Below the pieces are notes generated by a model. The model saw only the letters and a list, made by a program, of their open reading frames with translations. It made no database searches and had not been told where the DNA came from. A stretch of DNA of 60,843 bases, the filler included, from Nemertoderma westbladi (taxonomy: Eukaryota; Animalia; Xenacoelomorpha): NCBI GenBank assembly GCA_032718475.1. It is 2 parts of 2 records of this genome, joined end to end, with 100 filler letters (N's around TTAATTAATTAA, not from the genome) between each part and the next. Parts side by side here need not be neighbours in the genome. Positions count along the whole stretch, not along the records: positions 1 to 31,271 come from JAUCBJ010000374.1; positions 31,372 to 60,843 come from JAUCBJ010008968.1. The stretch is one strand, 5' to 3'. Position numbers and translations under genes: made by a program. Of the stretch, positions 24,734-38,846 are shown in pieces; the stretch's first letter is position 1; every line of letters begins with the position of its first letter.

Positions 24734-25570
24734 ACAATAGACATCCATAACTTCCGGCTTGTATTCCAAATTAAACTTGATGCCGGTTTTATAATGGAGA
24801 CATTTCATTTTTAGTTTGTTGCTTTGTGGTGTAGGCCTACTATTGTATCGGTACGTACTGGTACTAAAGGCTACCACCACTGACGTTATTAATCAGTAGT
24901 GCCGCATTTCCTGAAAGTTGTTAAACCTACATAGAGATGATGGATTGTCGGTTTCCCACTAGGCCTACATCATTAAATAATTATTAATTTACACCATAAT
25001 TAACTAATAAGGATACTTTATATTTTAATTTTCTTTTGAATACCGGTACTTTGGATTTGATGATATACTCGGTATAAAAATTGTAACTTCTTGCATCGAA
25101 CTTGACGCAGCTTGATGTGAGGGCACTATGTGTCGCGTTCACCTCTAATGTCATAATTTTATTGAAAGTTTAATCGCGTAATGGTTTCACGCTCACAATA
25201 TTACAAATTATGGTGATTTTAATTATATTTTTTGTTTCCAAATTTCTATAAATTCATTTTGGCTTGAGGTTTGTGACAAATCATTTAATACCGGTATGAT
25301 ATTATCCCAGGAATACTTTAGTGATTTTGTTATCTTTACGTTATCTCTGTTGCCTTTCGATTAAATTTTAAACGTATAGGCTTATATATACATTTTATAT
25401 TGCAATATATATATATATAAATATCAATCACCGTTCTACAGATTCTGTCTTGGTCGTCCTACCCTGGTTGTGTTATAAATTGATTGTATTATACGCCAGG
25501 CAGGACCAGCGAATATATTCCATTCATTTTTTATTTAATTAACAGTGATTCAAATATAATATTAATATAG

Positions 25571-26571
25571 TAGGGGTGACGGGTGTGCCGGATATCCGGC
25601 CGAATTTTCAGAAAAAAGTCGGGCTCCGGCCGGATTTCAATTTTTTGGCCGGATTTCCATTTCAACGAATTGTTGACAAAATTTACAATTAATGTAAGTT
25701 TTCAAAAAAAAACATCAAAATAAGTTTTCTTTTAAATTCAAACAAATTTAAACATAATAAGCAAATACAATGGAATACATTATAATTTTTTCATAGTTTG
25801 TATCATATTCAATATTCATTCATATTATGAATATGTTAAAGTCTAAAGCAGAGCTATCATTTTATGACTATCTCCACTCCATATTGACCAAGAATATTTC
25901 TATATGGTTGGGCTCAGCCTCACTAACACTAAATATATATAATAGTACACGTATGCAGTATGCACAGCACATTTACAAGTCACAACTAGTCAATAATTGT
26001 TATATTGTCTCAGTGCTCAAGCTTTGATGACTTGATGTTAGGTCTAGGTATTGTTATCAATTGAGATTGAACAATTTTATATTAGACAGGCAATTTAGAA
26101 ACTCTAGTAATTCAAATTAAACTCAGAGAGTATAAAAAAAACTACAGCTATTATTTACTTCGTTATATTTTTCAATTTGTACTTTATTCATCAAATCAAT
26201 CCATTATATCAAATTATCAAATCGGCGTAGGTTATTGTGCAAATGGTGGTACTACTGCGTTTTGGGCACACCCCCACCAAATTGTTTATACTAGCAATTT
26301 TTTGTTGCATTTTTAAATGTTCTAGAACATATTGTCTATTCATGTCACAGAAAAATTGTTCTATAACATTTTCAAAAAACTAAGTAAGAAAAACTACGAA
26401 GTCTAAAAATTTTCGATGGGGTGAGCCCAAAACACAGTAGTACCGTACCGCAAATGGTTATGGTAATATATATAAAAAATTCAGGCTTTGGCCGGAATTC
26501 CGCCCGGATTTTATTTACAAATCCGGCTCCGGCCTGGCCGGTTTGAAAATATTCAATCTGGCACATCCCTA
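25571..26571. mobile_element. Old hAT-type MITE, containing a small palindromic insert (~26250-26443)
   Basis: TAGGG..TGTGCCGGAT vs ATCTGGCACATCCCTA; TSD TAATATAG/TAATATGG (7/8); CCGG-rich subtermini. Confidence 0.7.
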
Positions 26572-29253
26572 TAATATGGTTAGTTACATGGTTTCAGGTC
26601 CAAAATATGAAAATAAATACTATATAATATATGGAGGTAAATGGAAATGTATGGGGGGGGGGGGGGGGGGGGGGTACGAAACGGTGAATCATTATAATAG
26701 ATCCAAAATTATATAATATAAAATATAATATATTGACCGTATTGAAAAATGGTTAATTACTTTCATATTTTCTTGTCATTTTAGTTTTTCAGTCACATCA
26801 TTCTTCATTATAGTTTCAGTTACACAGTTTATGTAATAATTACAGTTCTCAGCACTATTTATATAAATGGGTTGTGTTGATAAGTTTGGTTTTAATTTAA
26901 GTCTTGTTGTTTTGGCCGGCCCAAGACTATCTTTTTGGGCGAGTCACGAAGTTGGCGGATCTTTGGCGAACTGACACCGTTAGGGGGTGGGTCAATTTTT
27001 GCAAATAGTTGTTGTCGTTGCGATTTTCACATGATATTAACTTTCTCGGATTTATAGCTGTCGAGTCGAAAATTTGTAGGTTGAGATTTTTATAGACTTT
27101 CAGGCACAATCAGTATCAGTTCCTTGGACCCCCTCTAGTGGGCTACATTAGTGCTGCAAAGGATCGGGATCCACAATTTTCGGGATCGGAATTTTTAATT
27201 TTATTGCGGCCTTACTCATCCAAAACTTAAAGTAGCTATCTACCCTGCTCATACTCAATACAAAGCAACATTATTTATAATATATAGAGTATAGACATTC
27301 ATGTATATATTTACTAGAGACGGGCCAGCGGCCCGTGAAGCAAGTTGTAGGAGACGATAGTACGAGTCAAGTAAAAGCTTTTTGTTCTGTCTGATAATAA
27401 ATTAGTGTGAGGGTAGTCCCGGTGGTGTACGAAAAATTTTCTAGACAACTTCAAACTATAATTATTATGTTGTAATCATCTAATGATTTATAAAATCTGT
27501 TGTGATTATAGAAGATAGAGAGCAGTTAGCGAAATGATTATTTTGTTCTATCGGATAGAGTAGTCTGAGTCTCAGAGAGGAGTCGAGGTGTCAATTGATT
27601 AATAATAATAACAGCAGTTGTCATGAATTCAATACAATCGCGTACAAGAAGTGATAAGACAAATTCGTTCTTATTTTTGTAATAAATAAAACAAGTTGAG
27701 ATGTTTCAATGTAAACCGCGATTAACAATTTACACTGTTCAATGTAAACCACGATATTAATTAAATACAACAATTATATTATTATTAGAACAGATTTAAA
27801 TATATTTCAAACTATAATGTTAGCCTTTATATGGAGAATCATTATGAGGCTGAGTAATCATCCAGCCTTATCAACATACAGCCTCCACAGTATCAATGTT
27901 GGCACAAAGATTTTAAAATAAAACAATAATTAGAAGAGAGAATAGAACAATACACTGTGTAGCCAACACACTGTGTAACTAACAGTCATTTAGCTTGCAC
28001 GCCAATTAATTAACATAGCAAGGATGCATTGGGAAGAGTTATTCAGCTGAGACTGTAATAGCCAGCTAAACCAGTTAATGTTTGCTTACTGTCTGGGTTG
28101 TATAGTAGAGTGATAATAAAACTTGGCACAGAAAGTACTTCTTTGTTAGTTGCCCATCCTATTGAATGCATTACAAGGCCATCTCTATACATTTTTCATG
28201 AGTGCCAGCTGGTGTTTTATCATTGCGCCTATGGCAATTTTCGTGTTTTGGGGCTATTTTTCGAAATAAAACAAGTTGAGATATTTCAATTTAAACCGTG
28301 ATTTCACAAGTACCCATAGAAATCTATTGTCATGGTCCATGCAAAATTTCATGAAAATCGTTAGAGCCGTTTTTGCTCTTGGTCAGTAGCCAATAGTCCT
28401 TTTTTCTTACAGTAATAATCAAGTCTAACAACTTGCTAAAAAAATATATTTAATGAATGAAATTCTGATTCAGAAATCAGTTATAAATCATGTAAATCAA
28501 TCATTCCTTCGTCAATCAATCAATAGGAATGTAAGTTTTCCGGAAATACGTTTTTCAAGGAAATTTCCGGAAAAGTATACTTCATCCGAGACTCAAAAGC
28601 CAAGACAACGAATCACCACAACTAAGCAGGAATCACTTGTTTATAGTGTTTACTCTACTTGTGTTAACTCTCTAGCTACATGTGTATAAACTTGCAAAAT
28701 AGCAGGAAGTAAATTGTGAAAGATTTAAAATTGATTAACCCTTAAACTGGTGAGGATCTTTCTAAAACGCCATCTCCACTTGGAGAAAACTCAAAGATGA
28801 GTTCTGCGATTGTTAGTTGTACTTGTTGGGAATTATTGATGAAATCAATTGTGACTTGGTGGGAGCTTTTCCTTCAATCTATTCTGACTTGGTTCAAACG
28901 CACAAAGGAGTTTCGGCTATACGTTTCTTTATGAGCTCCCAGGAAGGTAGCATTGACTTATCTGTCAACTTCACAAGCCCATTGTATTCGGCTGTTGGTG
29001 AGCTTTACAACAGTAGTTGAATCGACTCCAGACGATCAGTATATGCTAAACAACACGGTAGTAAAGTGTGTGAGAATTGTAAAATTTCAACTAATTGCCG
29101 TGTTTCATCATTATAAATAACAGAAACAGACTGTATGCACCAGGTTGAAGGTCATTTTCTCATGATCATGATCATGATAATCATGATCATTTCAGATGAT
29201 ATATATAACGGCCTCTGAAATTAAAAATTACGCAGAATCTATCGCTACTTTAA

Positions 29254-30410
29254 CCCTATTACCACGGGGGGGGGGGGGGGGGGGGGGCGAATGGGCCCCT
29301 TCCTAGTTTTTAGTTGCTGTAACTATGCAACCACATTACGTACCCGCCCAATTTTTTGTGAGAATGAGCCAAATTTAATGCCGCATATTTTGCAAAAAAC
29401 GCCGTTGCAATTGGATTTCTACTTTTCGATGTGGGTGCCACCTCAAAATTTGGTCTCCAGCACCAAATTTTTTGAAATTTTCGAATTTTACAAAGTCATT
29501 CGTGATTTAGTAATTATTTATGTTTGGGCTATTTTTATTTATTTTTATTGGTTTGGATCACTCTAATGCTCTATACAAGTATGTAAGTGTAGTGGTACGT
29601 CATTTTGGAGCACCAAATTTAGGGCGTGGCACTTTAAAATTTCAAAATTACTTTATTCGGAAAATTTACTAAAGTTCTGATTTCGAAGCATTTTTAGTGG
29701 TTTTCTGGAGCGCTGAATCGATTAAAAGTAGTATAGAAGCCTGAAGACTTAGTGGTTCGCCATTTTTGGTGCACCAAAATTAGGGCGTGGCACTTCAAAT
29801 TTTGAAAAATACGAGATTCGGAAAATACACTAAAGTTTTGATTTGCAAAGCATTTTTATAGGTTTTCTGGAGCCCTGAATCGATTGAAAGTAATATAGAA
29901 GCCTGAAGACTTAGTGGTTCGCCATTTTAGGTGCACCAAAATTAGGGCGTGGCACTTCAAATTTTGAAAAATACGAGATTCGGAAAATTCACTAAAGTTT
30001 TGATTTCAAATTAATTTTATAGGTTTTCTGGAGCGCTGAATCGATTGAAAGTAATATAGATCCTCCTCAAATCCTTTGTGTACGTAATTTTCGGTGCACT
30101 AAAATTAGGGCGTGGCACTTCAAATTTTCAAAATTACTTTATTCGGAAAAAACACTAAAGTTTTGATTTCAAAAAATGGCTAACTTCTAAGTCTTCAGGC
30201 TTCTATATTACTATCAATCGATTCAGCGGTCTGGAAAACCCATAAAGATGCGTTGAAATAAAAAAATTAGGGGCATTTTCTGAATATCTAATTTTTCAAA
30301 ATTTGAAGTGCCACGCCCACTTCTTAGGTGCACGAAAAATAGCATCCACTTCAATTTTTGGAAGTGGAATATAATCACATTCGATTCAGCGTCTTGAAAA
30401 ACCTACTAAA
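29254..30410. mobile_element. Left end of a piggyBac-like non-autonomous element with ~160-bp internal repeats
   Basis: TTAA|CCCTATT start as at 39075; GCACCAAA.TTAGGGCGTGGCACTT recurs every ~160 bp, with one inverted copy; right end not seen. Confidence 0.6.
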
Positions 30411-31271
30411 TCTAGCCAACACTGCCACACTATTAGTTTTTAGAAAACGAAAAATTTTGGATAGTACTCTACACGAACTCCCTGGACCGAACTGAACCGA
30501 ACTGGATCGAAAGAGAGGCGAACTGGACCGAACTGGACCGCCAAATGAAAGATAATGCAAAAACAACCACCCATGCAGACAAGTGAAAATAAATATTGAA
30601 ATAAATATTGTTATTTCATCCATTGTAAATAAAATAGCGTATAAGATGCCGCTAAATTAAGATTACTTCTTCTAACATTGATGTTGCACTGCTTTCACCA
30701 GTACCGGTACCAGTCCCACATCTGCATGTCTGTAGATTGCAGTATTTTGTGCACCGGCTGACCGGTAGTTCAAAAGTTGTGTTCAATGACATGTAGAGAG
30801 ACCTACCACATAATACTGCAATATACTCATATACATACGTAACATTATTATCTTTACCATCTTTATTTTTCTAAAATTAAGCTCACTTAGCAGCTTAGTA
30901 CTATACTGTAGTACAGTAGTAACTCTGCACCTAGCAGCCTAGACGTATATACTGGTTGGAGTAATTCAGTACCGGTTGCCGGTAGGCCTACTTATTTGAA
31001 TTTCTGCTTGTTTGGTTAAGGGCCAAATTATGTTTAATGCAATGTAACGGATATTGAACAATGCAGCAATGACAGACGGTACCGGTAGCCGAAGTACCAA
31101 GGAATTAATAAACTTTATTTGCAACTCAAGTCCAAGTGGCGGTAGTCCGGAGCAACTAGGCCTATCGGGAAATACGGTTGGCGAATATCCGACAACGAAT
31201 TTAGAACATGTTGCGTTTGGGAATGTGAGTTGTCGTGATAAATGGCGATGGAAGTACGCTGGAACCAGCAC

Positions 31272-31371
31272 NNNNNNNNNNNNNNNNNNNNNNNNNNNNN
31301 NNNNNNNNNNNNNNNTTAATTAATTAANNNNNNNNNNNNNNNNNNNNNNNNNNNNNNNNNNNNNNNNNNNN
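31272..31371. other. Artificial assembly spacer (N44-TTAATTAATTAA-N44)
   Basis: Exactly 100 nt with a six-frame-stop linker at 31316-31327. Confidence 0.95.
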
Positions 31372-31384
31372 TACTATTAAGCCT

Positions 31385-31825
31385 AAACAAACTACAGTAT
31401 GTGCAGATTCTGAAACTGTTAGTTAGTATGCGTTCTAACACGGTAGTACGACTTACTCTTTAAGAGGGGATTGACCTTACCGCTTATGGCTGCCCCAACT
31501 TACTAACGGCACTTGATCAGACCAACTCTACACACGCAGCAATCCCTTCAGACCTAAAAATAGCTAGACAACAATCCAGCCTACAAATATTTAAGTAATA
31601 ACTATTACGGTACCTGAACAGACCACACAAACAAACTCAGGCTAAAACACTGGCAGACTACGATCAAGCCTAGATAAACCACAGTATATGCAGACTCTGA
31701 AACTGTTAGTTAGTATGCGTTCTAACACGGTAGTACGACTTATTCTTTAAGAGGGGATTGACCTTACCGCATATGGCTGCCCCAACTTACTAACGGCACT
31801 TTATCAGACAAACTCTACACACGCC
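31385..31825. repeat. Direct duplication of a ~145-bp block, period ~290 bp
   Basis: CTGAAACTGTTAGTTAGTATGCGTTCTAACACGGTAGTACGACTT...AACTCTACACACGC occurs at ~31410 and ~31697. Confidence 0.85.
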
Positions 31826-32219
31826 GTAATCTCTCCAAACTCAACACAGTCAGACAGCAGTTCAGCCTACAATTATTTGAACAATCTGAGCAGACTTACA
31901 CGTCTTCAGCTCAATATTAACTTACTAGGAAATAAAACCGACAGAAATAAGTAAGCTCCAAAAGAAACAAGGGGTGTACAGTCCCTAATCTCTTAAACAG
32001 CCTACCGGTATACAATGATCAAAATCGAATAATACTAAATGTACTTGTACAGCAGTACCGGTACCGGTGATGACAGTTAGGCCTACTGACCTACAGAAGT
32101 ACCGGTTCAGTTTTACCAGTCACTACGGTATTTTGCAACCTTATTGCCTACTGCAATAAGAGTATAAACTGTTACTGTTCGCGCTTTTGAAGACCTTTAG
32201 CAGTTTAACCTGCCAAAAT

Positions 32220-33424
32220 TTATATGTCTTTTCGTTAATTAAAACACCTTTAGCATACGACAACAATTTATGCTAATACACAAAACATTAGCCGAAATCA
32301 GCCCATGCGCGATCATTCACCCGATGGATCTACACCCGGGAGACTGAATTCGGATGCTTGAATTTTATTATTGCAGTGTAAGGTTGCAGTGTATACCTAC
32401 TGTATTATTCGATAGATCGTTAATAATTAATCTCTGACAGATATTATTGGCTTTCGGGAAATATTAACAGTTCCTTTAGGACGTGGCGCTTTATCTATTT
32501 AAACAGAACTAAGACTTATACTAAAACGCAACGATACTGCTTATGATTGAAGTATAAAGCGTATTCTTTAGGAAATACTTTGTTACCAATCACAATCATA
32601 CACACTATTCTGCCGACAGTCAGTATATTTGATCACACATAAAGAGAGCAGCAATTGACTCACGTAGGGTCTGCTAAATAACATTGGATTCAATACACAC
32701 CACATTAATATAAATCGCAATTGTTATGTATAGCCGGTCTCTCTAACCTGTAGTGTATCAAGAAAATTGGGAATTTGGGTGATTTATCCGTATTATCCAA
32801 AGAGCAATATTTCCATCAACAAATAGGTACAATTAATAACTGACGGTAAAATAACAGTACAGACAATATGATTAATGCAATTAAATTAAGTGAGACAGTT
32901 AATTAGTGAGTTATTGAGATTTGTTAAGTGAGATTTGTTAGGTAACAGTTTATACTTTCGATAATTCAAGCAGTTTTACTAGAGTTCTTCCCAAAAAGCC
33001 GGTGTTTCTGGCTTAGACAGCAATAACAACAAAGTATCAAGTAAGAGCAGTAAGACTGAACACTCTCCTTATGATCGGCTGAAAAGCTACACGTCGACAG
33101 GAAAAATCGCTCTGATTGGCTCAAGCCAAACAAAGAACTATGCGTCCAATGGATGTTTCCATGTCAGCAACCAGCTGTTAGATGTCGTAATATGAATCAT
33201 CACGGCTAAGCTGTGAAAGGTAGTTGGTGCATTACAGGTTTTTTGCCTTACCATGTCCGCCAAAACACGTATATAGCAGAATGACTTTTATGTCCGTTAA
33301 AACACCTGTAACGGTACCTTGCGGGCGAGGGGAATATATATACAGTTAGAGAACCTTTTTAGAGTATTCCAGCGCCTGGGGGGAAACTGGATTGCGAAGC
33401 AAAAGGGGCCAGTTATATCCCACA
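32220..33424 (-). repeat. Probable ~1.2-kb LTR, homologous to 1-1080
   Basis: Minus strand starts TGTGGGATAT, has AGCCAATCAG (~33112-33121) and AATAAA (~32364-32369), and is followed by a PBS-like TTTTGGCAGG (~32209-32218); internal part lost at the gap. Confidence 0.45.
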
Positions 33425-33571
33425 GAAGCTTTTACAGTTAATGATTCAAAGTGTCATGAATACATTGAAAGCATTATTATTATGATTATAGATTTATATT
33501 TAGATTCAGATTGTTATAAACAAATTAATCAATTAATACAAACAATTAATTTAAACCATTAATTAACATAC

Positions 33572-33760
33572 CTATCTAGGCTTATGAGAACCATAATCCA
33601 AGCTCCAGTATAATAAGTATATATTAACCACGGCACAAACATTATGCAATAAAACCACAAAAATGAATACATTTCTGGGTTCCCATAGAATTCAACAAAT
33701 TTCCGTGACATTAGACAAATTAATAGAGAAGTATCGGAAATAGCCAAGACTATTATACAC
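33572..33760 (-). CDS. Class A GPCR exon 2 (TM2-TM3), peptide-receptor-like
   Basis: tttcAG|G..CIIVLAISDTSLLICLM...FYCIMFVPWLIYTYYTGAWIMVLISLDR|GTatgt: TM2 LAxxD, conserved Cys, DR of DRY; phase 2 matches exon 1. Confidence 0.85.
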
Positions 33761-34419
33761 CTGAAATCAAAATCAATTGTATTGCTTGTTTCAGTTAGAA
33801 ATAGTATTTAACTACTTTAAAAAAAGCAGCATATTAATTATATTTAAATAAATAAATAATAACTAATTTCTTCCAGTATTATTATATCTATCACTTTACT
33901 AGTGGCTTCCAAACACCCGAGATATAAATCTTCACCATTACTACACAACACAGACAGATACCATCAGCTGAAACAAAAATAACTACGTTTCCCTCTCATG
34001 ATTCTAATTACACCATTTATTGTAGTACTACAGTTGAAAGCCTACATTATTAATAAAATTCATTCACCTGGAATTAGTAATAATCATATAATTATTAAAT
34101 TAGTAATAATAATATGGCACTTTTCGTTTATTTCATTTTTTGCAAAACCTAATGACTGTATTTTTCTTAAATTTGCTTTATAAACCCATCCAGACCATAG
34201 ACTATTAAGTATTACACTAATAACTATAATCAAGTGTTACTTGTTAAAAAAAATTTGAGAACTGATCAAGACATAACGATCTACCTGTTCAGTACTTCGA
34301 TTCTGAGTTAAGTTTGCTTTTGATGTTATTTGATTAGATAGAATGTATGATAATAGACAGCGACCAATAAATATATTTCTAGACAAGAAATAATGAGCCA
34401 CTAATACTATTACAGTCAC

Positions 34420-34631
34420 CTTGCATATCTCTTTTTCCGCAGTGTGTCGGAGGTTATAATAGTCATTATAACAAACAAGTTCAATATTAATCCCAATGGG
34501 CAGAACCATTTATATGCGGCTTCATCAAGCATCTTCATTGGCCCAATGACATGTGGACACCCATACCAACCTTCTGTGTCTGTCTGAGGGTCCCAACAAT
34601 CTCCTTTACCAACTGTGGAATTGCCTTCCAT
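34420..34631 (-). CDS. Class A GPCR exon 1 (N-terminus, TM1, ICL1)
   Basis: MEGNSTV...YKWFCPLGLILNLFVIMTIITSDTLRKKRYAR with TM1 GxxxN, N-glycosylation sequon NST and donor AG|GTgact at 34419. Downstream exons not found. Confidence 0.8.
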
Positions 34632-35100
34632 GTTCAGGGTTAAATGATGTTGTTAGATGTACAGTTAGTACATTCAAACTATGCTACATTACTACTGTAG
34701 AAATGTGTTGGTGTTATGGAATGCAGCAGTTAGAAAAATAGACATTACACATCTCCACTTGTTATAGGCAGTGATTTTTTATGTCAATTTATTTGACTTT
34801 TTTTGTCACTTTTTTTTTACGAATTATGCATAATGACTTTTGTTGTCCATTTAATGACTTTTATTGTCACTTTTTATGTATGTATTTCTTCAAACTGTCA
34901 GACTGCTGATTTCTGGACTGTCAGACAGTTGATTTCACTATGCCTGTGCCAAAACATTCCATGATTCCATGATTTATAGACTATGAGATAGATTTCCATA
35001 TGCACCTGTGGTAAAAAGACTCTATATTTAATAGTTTGTGGTTGTTGTCGATAATCGATTACCACATGACGTAGCAAAACACTCATTTTATAGCCAAAAA

Positions 35101-35683
35101 CAATTACCAATTGATGGAAAGGAGCAGGTTAAGGCCGAGTTTTCTAACCAAAACAATAAACAGTCACTTTACCAAATCAGGGAAAGGAGCAGGTTACAGA
35201 GACGGGATTTTCTAACCAAAACAATAAACGATCATTTAACTAATTGAGGGAAAGGAGCAGGTTACAGAGACGGGATTTTCTAACCAAAACAATAAACGAT
35301 AACATTACCAATTGAGAGAAAGGAGCAGGTTACAGAGGCGGGATTTTCTAACCAAAACAATAAACGATAACATTACCAATTGAGGGAAAGGAGCAGGTTA
35401 CAGAGGCGGGATTTCCTAACCAAAACAATAAACGATCACTTAAACTAATTGAGGGAAAGGAGCAGGTTACAGAGGCGGGATTTTCTAACCAAAACAATAA
35501 ACAGTCACTTTACCAAATCAGGGAAAGGAGCAGGTTACAGAGACGGGATTTTCTAACCAAAACAATAAACGATCATTTAACTAATTGAGGGAAAGGAGCA
35601 GGTTACAGAGACGGGATTTTCTAACCAAAACAATAAACGATCATTTAACTAATTGAGGGAAAGGGGCAGGTTACAGAGGCGGG
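35101..35683. repeat. ~68-bp tandem repeat, ~9 copies
   Basis: Unit ATTGAGGGAAAGGAGCAGGTTACAGAGRCGGGATTTTCTAACCAAAACAATAAACG plus a short variable linker; relatives at ~6480-6580, ~16600-16695, ~19615-19790, ~20090. Confidence 0.92.
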
Positions 35684-38567
35684 CCTTCTGTGCTGTTGGA
35701 AGTAGTGGAGCCGCTATCCGTAACACTACTCAGACAGTAGTCATGATCCATTATTGATTATAAAACTAATACAGTAAGGCCTAAATTATGTGAAAGGTAT
35801 ATCCACATTTTCCACAATCCTGCAATCCAGTTTCGCCTATCAATTATTTAAAATTTATTAGCACAACCGGTAGGCCTACCATTACCGTATTTAAATGGTA
35901 GGCTACACAGTAGGCCTATAGCAGTACCAGTGCCGGTACCGGTACTAAAATACAGAAATACCTGCTTTATACCTACATCTGTACATACAATACAGCAAAA
36001 TAGTGCTATATATATACTAACCGGTACTGATAGCCTGAGAGAACAGCAGTAGAGAAACCGGTAGCATGGAACCTAACATTAGACTTTTGGATGACATAAA
36101 AAATAAAAAAAAATTGACAAAAAAAGGATAAAAATGGACAATAAAAATTATTGCGCTTGTTATATTAAACAAACCTATCAAAAAACAGCTGCCTCAGCTA
36201 TTACTGAAGTGATCATTAATAAATGAATTGGAGTTGAGCTGTATCATTAAACCTATTTGTTTTCCTGATTTAATAATAATAATAATAATGTAGTGACGAT
36301 AACCAACATTATTGGTTAGGCACCGTAATTAAGTTAATTAGTTATTATTTACCGAGTTAACTAAATATGTATTGGAGATGCACGCACAGGGATATATAAA
36401 TGTTTTTAAGGCGGATTAAATTAGTACCATTACTACCATATTGTTATTTCCTGATTTCTGAAGCGAATAAATGAAATCAAAATTAAAATATTTATTAAAT
36501 TATAATGTAATAAAATAGGATCCTCTAGTTGGTAAGAGAATTGACAGCGTCATCGACGCATTAGTTTTATACCGAAATGCATGACAGATGAAAGACGTTT
36601 GCCGAATATGTGTGATTTATATTATAGTGAGGCTTATGCGCACCAGTAGGGGTTACGGACTTTGTATTGGGAATCTAAAATCTGGTACAACCAACCACAG
36701 CAGTTTTTCTCATGACATTTCGTAACTCTTGCATGTTAAACGCATTAATGTAATATTATTTATTATCTGACGTTGATATGTAGTCCTACGTTTTATGTAT
36801 GCATAGGACGTACCGCACATATCACGTCAGGAAATATAATGAATGTTGATAATGTGGAGAGGTGCAGATTAACAACAAGCACAGTCTGAGATGATACCGC
36901 CAATAGGATTGCTTATGCTTATACTCTGCATATGGACTTAATCGATGAACGAGTCCCTGAGGCTCTTCCTCACCCGATTGCCTTCCTCCCGCAGCCGCGA
37001 CACCGGGGTCTATCGCTCTCGGGCTACCTGGGATAAGCTTTACAAGTGTTTAAAGGATTTAAAGTAAAATATTACTTTATTTTCAGGTCGGCGTGAAATA
37101 CGCCATGAAATAAAGTACATCAGGTGATGGGCTATGGGATGCTACTGTATACAGTATATCACGGCGTGAGATAAAGTATTATTTCAATATGATTGTACCG
37201 TATTCTACGGTCATGCTGAGGTAGGCCTAACAGTAACTCATTCATCGCAGATGCAGAGAGCAAAAGATACATAGGTCGTTATCCGTACCTTACCGGGAAC
37301 TGGACCTATTTAAATCTTTCTGTCGCTGCCTACATCTAGAAGGCCTATTGATTCATCCTGTAGGCTGCAGAAAACACGTGGTACTTAGGGTGTTACAGGT
37401 ACCATACAGGTATAATAAACGATTTCTAATTAATAAAACATCGAAACTTGAAAATAAACGACATATTCGATTTAAATAAAGTACATGTATTTCACTTTCA
37501 GTCTCTCGTTTCATATTTCACCAACTCGCTTAGCTCGTTCGTGGAAATATTCAGACTCGAGCCGGCTGAAATACAGTGATATTTTACTTTATTTAATTCG
37601 AATATATTGTTAATTAATATATAATTTAAACAGTCTGTTGAAAATAACTCGCTCAGTCTTGATTCTGAAGCCATTTTCTTAGATAGAATACAACGGCAAG
37701 CAATTCTGCTAATATCAACAAATCAGTAACACAAATGAATTCATTGGTTAATAAATTAATACTTGGCATTAAAAATATCGAGAGTAAAAATATCAAGACT
37801 AAAAATATCGAGAGTAAAAATATCGAGGGTAAAATTGTTTACTTTAGTTTCTATTGTAATACGTGAATCGTATAAATCGTGTAAATCGTGTTTTCGTTGA
37901 ATGCTAGTGTTTCATTCTTAAAATTATAGCTAATTTACTCTCAATATTTTTTCTTGCGATATTTTTTGAACTCGCGATATTATCGCTATTTTTCAACACG
38001 CGATATTTTTAATGTAGCGATATTTGTCAATATAATACTGTATAACCAAACAACCTGATTTTATGACATTGGGGGTTTTCTGGAAAGTTCATCACGAATA
38101 TGACACTCAAAATTATCGTATTATCCAACCAAATTCAATTTTTGACTTTTGACATTTTCTGGTCCATATTTTTTTCGTCCAACCAGACAAGCTACAAAAA
38201 TGATAGTTGCCTTTACCACGAATGATTGTATGCTTTATAATTGAAACATTAAAAGCATTTAAGCATTATATATATTATTAATTATTAGGACATATTAGGC
38301 GATATTGGTAAATGCTTAGACGTTTGTGGTTTGCATTCAGCCAATTGGATGTCTCCACGAGAAAGAGCACAAAATTTTGATTGAGAAGGTATTTTTTTAT
38401 GACTATTAGACCTACTGGTCAGTTTATAAGACAACTTCAAGTCTCCATAATAATGCGGGGACTCGAATAAGCGACTCTAACGTCTTTGCGGGATTACGCA
38501 GAATAGACTTATTGGTCATCGGAGATCTTCAAAATGTATAATCTCTACTTCTAGTAGTCGTACAAAG

Positions 38568-38846
38568 CAATGTCCTGCAAAGCGGAGGCATGGCATTGCA
38601 GGACATTGCTTTCGCCGTGAGGACCAGCCAGTGCATAATCTTGTACTTTGGCAGCCTCATGGAGTGAATAAGCATGGTGGACAGCCCATGACTTTCTTGA
38701 GACGCATCTTAAAGGACACTGGCCTTAAAGATGCGGATGATCTAGCAAATGTCATGGGTGATAGGGAGTTGTGGCGGTGCAATTTTGTTGACAGGCCGGC
38801 ACAGCATTCTTAAAAATGCAGCTGCAATGCAGCATGCCGATCCTAG
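38568..38846 (+). mobile_element. Short RTE insertion with 5' inversion and 16-bp TSD
   Basis: TAGTAGTCGTACAAAG at 38552-38567 and 38847-38862; body matches ~23684-23945; first ~22 nt inverted. Confidence 0.88.

Noticed and set aside
28740-29110. Coding-like stretch on the minus strand
   Set aside because: Several in-frame stops and no recognisable family motif; cannot be assigned without a search.
31316-31327. TTAATTAATTAA palindrome
   Set aside because: Synthetic linker centred in the N run.
35101-35683. CRISPR-like look of a conserved unit plus variable linker
   Set aside because: Linkers are only ~10 nt and recur, context is eukaryotic, no cas genes.
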